DNA of 13,581 bases, taken from positions 1 to 13,581 of the forward strand of contig SDNY01000101.1 in NCBI GenBank assembly GCA_004524535.1, read 5' to 3'. The notes beneath the pieces were generated by a model that saw nothing but the letters and a program-made list of their open reading frames with translations, made no database searches and was not told the DNA's origin. The position numbers and the translations under genes were made by a program. This stretch comes from Promethearchaeota archaeon. Its GTDB lineage: Archaea; Asgardarchaeota; Lokiarchaeia; Sigyniarchaeales; SOKP01. Shown one piece after another: positions 8,314 to 13,581 of this stretch (position 1 is the first letter of the stretch; every line of letters starts with the position of its first letter).

Positions 8314-8354
8314 AAAAAAAAAAGGAGTTAGCATTAGATCTTAAAGATCTAATG
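8314..8354 (-). terminator. Perfect 11-bp inverted repeat followed on the - strand by a T10 tract
   Basis: CATTAGATCTT-A-AAGATCTAATG at 8332..8354 overlaps the stop of the 8341..8544 ORF; A10 at 8314..8323. Confidence 0.5.
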
Positions 8355-8544
8355 TTTTTAATAATACTCCGTTTAGGTAGACCAAGAGGTTCTTTCCGTC
8401 ATTAATTTCCTGAACCTCTACGGTCTTACCAGCTAACTTATAATCAATAGTATAAGGCGTTCCTTTATACATGATAACACCAGCATGGGTGATTTTCCGC
8501 TTTGTTCTTTTTTGTTTTATTGGTACATTGTAAGAATGGCTAAT
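8341..8544 (-). CDS. Unannotated small protein resembling the C-terminal beta-barrel domain of Mu/IS21/IS481-type transposases (possibly a pseudogene remnant)
   Basis: Open frame 8341..8550. From ATT at 8544: ISHSYNVPIKQKRTKRKITHAGVIMYKGTPYTIDYKLAGKTVEVQEINDGKNLLVYLNGVLLKTLDL*. Fits the pattern R-K-V-x-x-x-G-x-I-x-Y-x-G-x-x-Y-x-V-x-x-x-x-A-G-K-x-V-x-V...L-x-V-Y-x-x-G-x-L-I, recognised by eye. No upstream ATG/GTG/TTG, so the start is uncertain. Confidence 0.6.
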   Translation of the reverse strand: MSHSYNVPIKQKRTKRKITHAGVIMYKGTPYTIDYKLAGKTVEVQEINDGKNLLVYLNGVLLKTLDL

Positions 8545-8629
8545 ATAATTCTACACTTAAATAAAATTATTGAAATATCTAAAAAACTATATGATAAGAA
8601 AATATTTATTAAAATTGAAAAAAAAAGGT

Positions 8630-9148
8630 TTAATTTATTTCAATAATTTCAGCTTCCAATTTATCTGTATCTACTATGGCAAAAGTGGCTTTTCCCGTTA
8701 AATATCCACAAACTTCACCGGGATTAACAACTAATACTCCATTTTCATATTTTTTATTAACAATATTATGAGTATGTCCCGATAAGATGATATCATATTT
8801 TCCAGAGCTTGCTAATGCATCAATTGTTTTTTCTGTTGGCATGTGAGCCGCAAATACTTTCTTTCCATCCAAATTCTTATTTATTTCCATCCCTACAATA
8901 TCGCATATTTCTCCCAAAACCTTTAATAAAAAGACTCTTTCACCGTCATTATTACCAAAAACTCCGTAAAAATTCTGCTTTATCTTATCGTTTAGTCCAT
9001 CAAACCAGCGTTTTACAAATGGGGCCACATAGTCTCCACAATGAATTAGAACATCCACATTTCGTTCATTCAAGATACTAACTGCTTTTATTATATTATC
9101 TTTATGGTCATGACTATCTGAAATTACACCAATTTTCATTTTTTTCAT
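8630..9148 (-). CDS. Metallophosphoesterase, YfcE/MJ0936 (calcineurin-like) family
   Basis: Motifs ISDSHD, HCGD, GNND, AH, SGHTH, NPG. T9 tract (A9 at 8618..8626) just after the stop. Confidence 0.93.
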   Translation of the reverse strand: MKKMKIGVISDSHDHKDNIIKAVSILNERNVDVLIHCGDYVAPFVKRWFDGLNDKIKQNFYGVFGNNDGERVFLLKVLGEICDIVGMEINKNLDGKKVFAAHMPTEKTIDALASSGKYDIILSGHTHNIVNKKYENGVLVVNPGEVCGYLTGKATFAIVDTDKLEAEIIEIN

Positions 9149-9252
9149 CTCTCAATTGATAAAAATTAAGATATAATAATAATTATATAATAATATTTAT
9201 TAATGTAAAAAAGGTCTAGAACTTTTTTAATAGAAAGAATTAATCTTATAGT

Positions 9253-10347
9253 TTGTTTGAAATGATTGAGAAATTCTTTGAAATAGAAAGTAAAGCAATA
9301 AATGAAGAATTAGAAACATTTTTCGATAATCTTAGTAAAAATGTAAAAGAAGCTTTGTTTAACGATTTTAATAATCAACTTAAAGAATTTATTATTCCAC
9401 AAAAAAGCAAAGCGAAAAGAATTCATCCAATTTTGTTGATTGCTGCCTTCAGTGGCATTATAAATCCATTATATTTAGAAGAACAAATAGATGAGATTCG
9501 TAAAGTTTCTATAGCAGTGGAGTTATTACATAGTGGACATTTAATCCATGATGATTTAATAGATGATGACGAGACAAGGAGAGAGAAACCTACGTTTCAT
9601 ATCCAATTAAAAAATGAAATGAATAAAATCTCCAAAGCAATGAATCTTTCTGAAAAGGAAATAGAAGAAAAGGGTAAATTATATGGAAGAGATCTGAGTA
9701 TTTTAGGTGGTTCATTTGGCTATCTTTTGGGTTTAGAAGTATTAAGATCGGCAAAATTCCCTGATCAGTTAAAACTTTTAGCAATATCCGAGTATTCAGA
9801 AGCCATTGATTACTTATTAAGAGGACAAATCATTGAAGAATATATGGATTATCACAATCTTACTATGACTTTAGAGCAGTATTTAAATATCGCCGAATTA
9901 CAACGAGCGAGGCTTTTCGAAAAATCTGCAAAAATAGGAGCGATTTTAGCTAAAGGAAATATGCATTACCAAATCCAACCATTAAGCGATGCAATGCTGA
10001 GGATTGGTCAAGCTTATGCGATCCGAGACGATATGCTTGATGTTATAGAGGATATCAAAGGAAAAAAGAAGAAATTTATTTACATTATAGCAGTTCAAAA
10101 TACAAACGAAGAACAGTCAAGAATTCTAAACGAAATTTATCGCAAACCAACATTAACTAAAAATGATGTCCGAGAAGTTGAAGCTGTTTTTACAGATACA
10201 AATGCGCTTGTAATAGCAGAGCATTTTTCAAAAAACCTTATTGAGCAAGCAAAGAATTACTTAAAGGATATATATCCAGACCTTAATAAAGAACAGAAAG
10301 TTTTCTTCAATGAGTTTGCCGACTTTGGTTTCATGCGAGATTACTAA
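9253..10347 (+). CDS. Polyprenyl (trans-isoprenyl diphosphate) synthase family protein with degenerate motifs
   Basis: KRIHP, ELLHSGHLIHDDLIDDDETRR (FARM), GQ, GQAYAIRDDMLD (SARM). Start is TTG 9253 or ATG 9262. Confidence 0.88.
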   Translation: MFEMIEKFFEIESKAINEELETFFDNLSKNVKEALFNDFNNQLKEFIIPQKSKAKRIHPILLIAAFSGIINPLYLEEQIDEIRKVSIAVELLHSGHLIHDDLIDDDETRREKPTFHIQLKNEMNKISKAMNLSEKEIEEKGKLYGRDLSILGGSFGYLLGLEVLRSAKFPDQLKLLAISEYSEAIDYLLRGQIIEEYMDYHNLTMTLEQYLNIAELQRARLFEKSAKIGAILAKGNMHYQIQPLSDAMLRIGQAYAIRDDMLDVIEDIKGKKKKFIYIIAVQNTNEEQSRILNEIYRKPTLTKNDVREVEAVFTDTNALVIAEHFSKNLIEQAKNYLKDIYPDLNKEQKVFFNEFADFGFMRDY

Positions 10348-10934
10348 ATAACAAACGCTTCAATTTTATGTCTTTTTAACATTAAATTAGTAAGTTCTTT
10401 AAATACTTCTAAGACATTATAATTTTTTAAGGCTGAGGTTCTAAAAAAGCCATCAAGTTGTTTCTTTTTAACATATTCTTCTATTAAATCTTCATTAACT
10501 ATTTCAGGTGATTTATCTAATAAATCGCTTTTACTTCCAATTAAAAATTTTGGAATTGATTTTTTGGCATTCTCAACCAATTTATCATACCAAAAATCTA
10601 ATTGTTGAAAAGAAGAAAAATCTATTGAATCAAAAAGCATAAGCGCTCCATTTGCCCCATCAATAAATTTTGGAATTAAAGATTTAAAACGCGCTTGACC
10701 ACCAAAATCAAATATAGAATTTGCGACAAAGGTCTCATTTTCAATTTGATCTTTAACTTTTACTCTTAGAAAGGTTGAATGAAAATTTATTCCTATTGTC
10801 ATATCGGTATTCATATCGAAAGAATTAAAGCAATATCTATTGAATAGACAAGTCTTTCCAACTCCTGGCGCCCCGACTATGACTATCTTAAAACTATAAC
10901 TTACTTTTTTCTCGTCGGGAATATAAGGGGTCAT
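10344..10934 (-). CDS. Small Rab-like (Ras superfamily) GTPase, eukaryotic signature protein
   Basis: FKIVIVG-APGVGKT (G1), TIGINF (G2/RabF1-like), DFGGQ (G3), RFKSLI, GSKSD (G4), TSA (G5). No C-terminal Cys. Confidence 0.93.
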   Translation of the reverse strand: MTPYIPDEKKVSYSFKIVIVGAPGVGKTCLFNRYCFNSFDMNTDMTIGINFHSTFLRVKVKDQIENETFVANSIFDFGGQARFKSLIPKFIDGANGALMLFDSIDFSSFQQLDFWYDKLVENAKKSIPKFLIGSKSDLLDKSPEIVNEDLIEEYVKKKQLDGFFRTSALKNYNVLEVFKELTNLMLKRHKIEAFVI

Positions 10935-11108
10935 AAAAGCTTTGTTTGGGATTGATTTTTAGTGTTTTCTATAACTTGGTGTTTTTTATACCTTGAAAAA
11001 GTAAATAATTCTTAGCTAAAAAAAATAATTAAAATTTATATTATGTATTATAATACGAAAATCTAAATTTTTTGAAATGTATTATAAAAATAAGAAATAA
11101 ATCGTTAA

Positions 11109-12026
11109 GTGGTTCTAATGGTTGTAAAATTACCCCCCGAACAAATAGTTATAAGGCCTCCGGTTGAAGCATATTCAGTTTTGATACCCGTTACGGGAGG
11201 TTGTAGCTGGAATAAATGCAGGTTTTGTGGTACTTATAAAGGTGTTTATGGCGCCAGTCAAGATTATGCAATAAGACCATTAGAAGATGTTTTGAAGGAT
11301 ATAGACTATTATGCTAAAAAGAATTACGATGGATTTCCCGTTTTTTTAGCAGGAGGAAATCCGACCTCTGCTCCTACGGAATACCTTGTTGAAATCATAA
11401 AATATATCAGGCAAAAGCTTAGAAATGTTCAAAGAGTTAGTAGTTATGCTAAAGCATTAGATATTTTAAGAAAAACTGATGAGGAATTAAAAAAATTAGC
11501 AGATTCAGGTTTAGACATCGTTTATATGGGATTAGAAAGCGGGAGCAGTAATATATTAAGAATTATGAAAAAGGGAACGAATGCTGAATCAATGATTAAA
11601 GCGGGAAAAAAGGTATTAAATGCGGGAATTAAGTTGAGCTTGTATATATTGCTTGGTTTAGGAGGCTATAAATACTCTGAGGAACATGTTAAAGAGACTG
11701 CTAGGGTTTTAACCGAAATAAATCCGACCATTTTTCGATTCAGGACTTTAAATATTTTACCAAATACTCCACTTTGGGATGAATGGAAATCAGGCGAATT
11801 TAAATTATTATCTCCCGTTGAAAATCTGAAAGAAGAAAGAGAAATAATAGCAAATCTAGGAGATAATGTGACTTCTCAAGTGTTTAATGATCATGTATCA
11901 AATTATTGCACAATAGAATCATCTAATATTAAAGAAGATCGAGAATTGTTTATAAAAACATTGGATGCGTATATCAATAACCCAAAAATTAAAAATCTGC
12001 CAAGGAAGAATTTACTTCGAATGTGA
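11109..12026 (+). CDS. Radical SAM protein
   Basis: IRPPVEAYSVLIPVTGGCSWNKCRFC (Cx4Cx2C), FLAGGN, YMGLESG, LLGLGG, NDHVSNY. Start is GTG 11109 or ATG 11118. Confidence 0.9.
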   Translation: MVLMVVKLPPEQIVIRPPVEAYSVLIPVTGGCSWNKCRFCGTYKGVYGASQDYAIRPLEDVLKDIDYYAKKNYDGFPVFLAGGNPTSAPTEYLVEIIKYIRQKLRNVQRVSSYAKALDILRKTDEELKKLADSGLDIVYMGLESGSSNILRIMKKGTNAESMIKAGKKVLNAGIKLSLYILLGLGGYKYSEEHVKETARVLTEINPTIFRFRTLNILPNTPLWDEWKSGEFKLLSPVENLKEEREIIANLGDNVTSQVFNDHVSNYCTIESSNIKEDRELFIKTLDAYINNPKIKNLPRKNLLRM

Positions 12027-12117
12027 TTTAATAGATTCTATTTTAATAATAAATCTAAAGTATGTAATTTGATTATGATTTAGCTTCTTTGCTAATTTAA
12101 AAATAAATAAAGTGGTA

Positions 12118-13407
12118 TTAAACCTTCTCAAAAATATGTACACACAATGCGGCTTCTCCAGATCCTATATTCCCTCCTCCATTTTCAGCAAGAGCTATTT
12201 TAGGATCCTTAACTTGTCTTTTTCCCGCTTCTCCGCGTAATTGAGTTATTAATTCATATATTTGTGCGATGCCAGAGGCCCCTATAGGGTGTCCACGAGC
12301 TAGCAATCCTCCACTTGGGTTAATGGGGATCTTTCCATCAAGTTCAGTGGCACCCTCCTCTACAAATGGACCACCTTTACCAACGGGACAAAATCCTAAT
12401 TGTTCAATTATATGTAGCTCTCCAAATGCAGTTGCGTCGTGAACTTCTGCCACATTTATGTCTTCTGGTCCAAGACCAGACATTTCATAAGCAGAATCAG
12501 CAGCTCGTTTACAAATTTTATCTCTTTTCCATGAACCAGATTTTAAAATAGAAGCACGTATTAAAACAGCTCTATCCCTTAGATTTGGATTTTGATCTAA
12601 AAATTTCTCAGAACAAAGAATAGCAGCTGCCGAACCATCTCCAATAGGAGCACACATTGCCCTTGTTAATGGAAAAGCTACAACATAATCTTCCATAACT
12701 TGCTCTATGGTCTGAGGAAATGTGTATTGAGCCAAAGGATTCATAGTTGAATTGTTATGGTTTTTTGCAGCAATAGCTGCGAGCTGTCGCTGTGTAGTTC
12801 CATATCTTTTCATGTGATTACGAGATGCCATTGCATAAAAATCCATAAACATAGAGTGCTCTTTTTTTTTTTGATTTTGATCATCACCTTTTTCTTTAGC
12901 TGCTTTATCGTTTCCGTTTTGAATCTGTTTTTTCAATTGCGCTATTAATTTTCTTGTCCTTTCTACATCTGTTCCAGCTAAAAATCCTGCCATCGGACCC
13001 CCACCACTACTACGCTTACCACTACTACTCTTCCTTTTTGATGGTCTTTGATAATACATTTTCTCAGTGCCTATTGCTAGGGCACAATCATATACACTTG
13101 CTTTTATTGACATCCACGCTCCTTGAAAAGCAGTACTTCCACCTGCACAGGCATTTTCTACATTGGTAATGGGGATCTTATCAATACCATTTGCGGAAAG
13201 AGCTACTTGACCTCGAATACAATGTTGAAATTCAGCCATACCCCAACCCGAATTGCTGAACCAAGCAGCTTCTATTTCCTTTAAATTTAAATCACAATCC
13301 TTAATAGCCAACTCAAGCGCTTCACCTGTCATGCTTTTCATAGTTTTATCATAATTTTTACCGAATTTGATCATTCCGACACCAACTATATAAACTTTAT
13401 CACTCAA
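12118..13407 (-). CDS. Thiolase, SCP2/SCPx-type (acetyl-CoA acyltransferase family)
   Basis: NVENACAGG (catalytic Cys), KNHNN, CAPIGDGSAA, EVHDA, NPSGGL, GHPIGASG, ENGGG. TTG start. Confidence 0.93.
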   Translation of the reverse strand: MSDKVYIVGVGMIKFGKNYDKTMKSMTGEALELAIKDCDLNLKEIEAAWFSNSGWGMAEFQHCIRGQVALSANGIDKIPITNVENACAGGSTAFQGAWMSIKASVYDCALAIGTEKMYYQRPSKRKSSSGKRSSGGGPMAGFLAGTDVERTRKLIAQLKKQIQNGNDKAAKEKGDDQNQKKKEHSMFMDFYAMASRNHMKRYGTTQRQLAAIAAKNHNNSTMNPLAQYTFPQTIEQVMEDYVVAFPLTRAMCAPIGDGSAAAILCSEKFLDQNPNLRDRAVLIRASILKSGSWKRDKICKRAADSAYEMSGLGPEDINVAEVHDATAFGELHIIEQLGFCPVGKGGPFVEEGATELDGKIPINPSGGLLARGHPIGASGIAQIYELITQLRGEAGKRQVKDPKIALAENGGGNIGSGEAALCVHIFEKV

Positions 13408-13413
13408 TAATTA

Positions 13414-13418
13414 CACCT
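13414..13418 (-). promoter_or_regulatory. SD-like ribosome-binding site AGGTG for the thiolase gene
   Basis: Minus strand reads AAGGTG-TAATTA-TTG, with a 6-nt spacer to the TTG start. Confidence 0.55.
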
Positions 13419-13581
13419 TATTTTTTTTATTAAATCAACTAAACGAATTATCAATAATGAAATTTATGAAAACTAAATTTAAAAGTGAATTTCAGTAGTA
13501 TTTCCATTTATTAATAAAATTTTATAATGAGAGTTATCTTATAACTAATATTTAATAAAAGAAAATAACTAAAAAAGTATC

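Noticed and set aside
8169-8331. Imperfect inverted repeats (T-run-AATCTAA and CTAACTC-T-run) suggesting a MITE
   Set aside because: Mostly homopolymer sequence, the blocks are not colinear, and no target-site duplication is visible.
9253-10934. Prenyl synthase supplying geranylgeranyl groups for the adjacent Rab-like GTPase
   Set aside because: The GTPase ends HKIEAFVI with no C-terminal Cys, the genes are convergent, and no protein prenyltransferase is present.
11190-11230. Cx4Cx2C instead of Cx3Cx2C in the radical SAM protein
   Set aside because: This spacing (GCSxNKCxFC) is normal for this widespread subfamily.
12030-12042. Palindrome AATAGA-T-TCTATT between convergent genes
   Set aside because: 6-bp AT-rich arms are expected by chance at this base composition.
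8809-13169. Small antisense ORFs at 8809, 9590, 12366, 12757, 12954
   Set aside because: Fully overlap well-supported genes on the opposite strand.
1-13581. CRISPR array, tRNA or rRNA
   Set aside because: No regularly spaced DNA repeats or GC-rich structured RNA segments were seen; the repeats present are protein-level.

Overview
AT-rich archaeal window, most consistent with an Asgard (Lokiarchaeia/Promethearchaeota-like) genome. That assignment is inference from a small Rab-like GTPase without a prenylation tail, TTG/GTG starts, an AGGTG SD-like site and poly-T intergenic tracts. The left 8 kb is a two-gene minus-strand unit. The first gene encodes a 2353-aa secreted, membrane-associated protein: signal peptide, about 9 PKD/Ig repeats, 12 DxDxD Ca-binding repeats with an inserted beta domain, a mirror-symmetric 8-Cys hairpin with a Trp-Trp tip, an amphipathic helix plus TM hairpin, and a C-terminal 6-TM bundle. 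A 2-TM PH-like membrane protein follows 10 bp later. This pair is the best candidate for an undescribed contact-dependent membrane-attack or fusion system with a cognate immunity or partner gene. An unannotated ~67-codon ORF resembling a Mu/IS21/IS481 transposase C-terminal domain lies upstream, next to a perfect palindrome and TGTCA repeats. The right part holds housekeeping-type genes: a YfcE-like phosphoesterase, a polyprenyl synthase with degenerate catalytic motifs, a Rab-like GTPase, a radical SAM protein and an SCP2-type thiolase.
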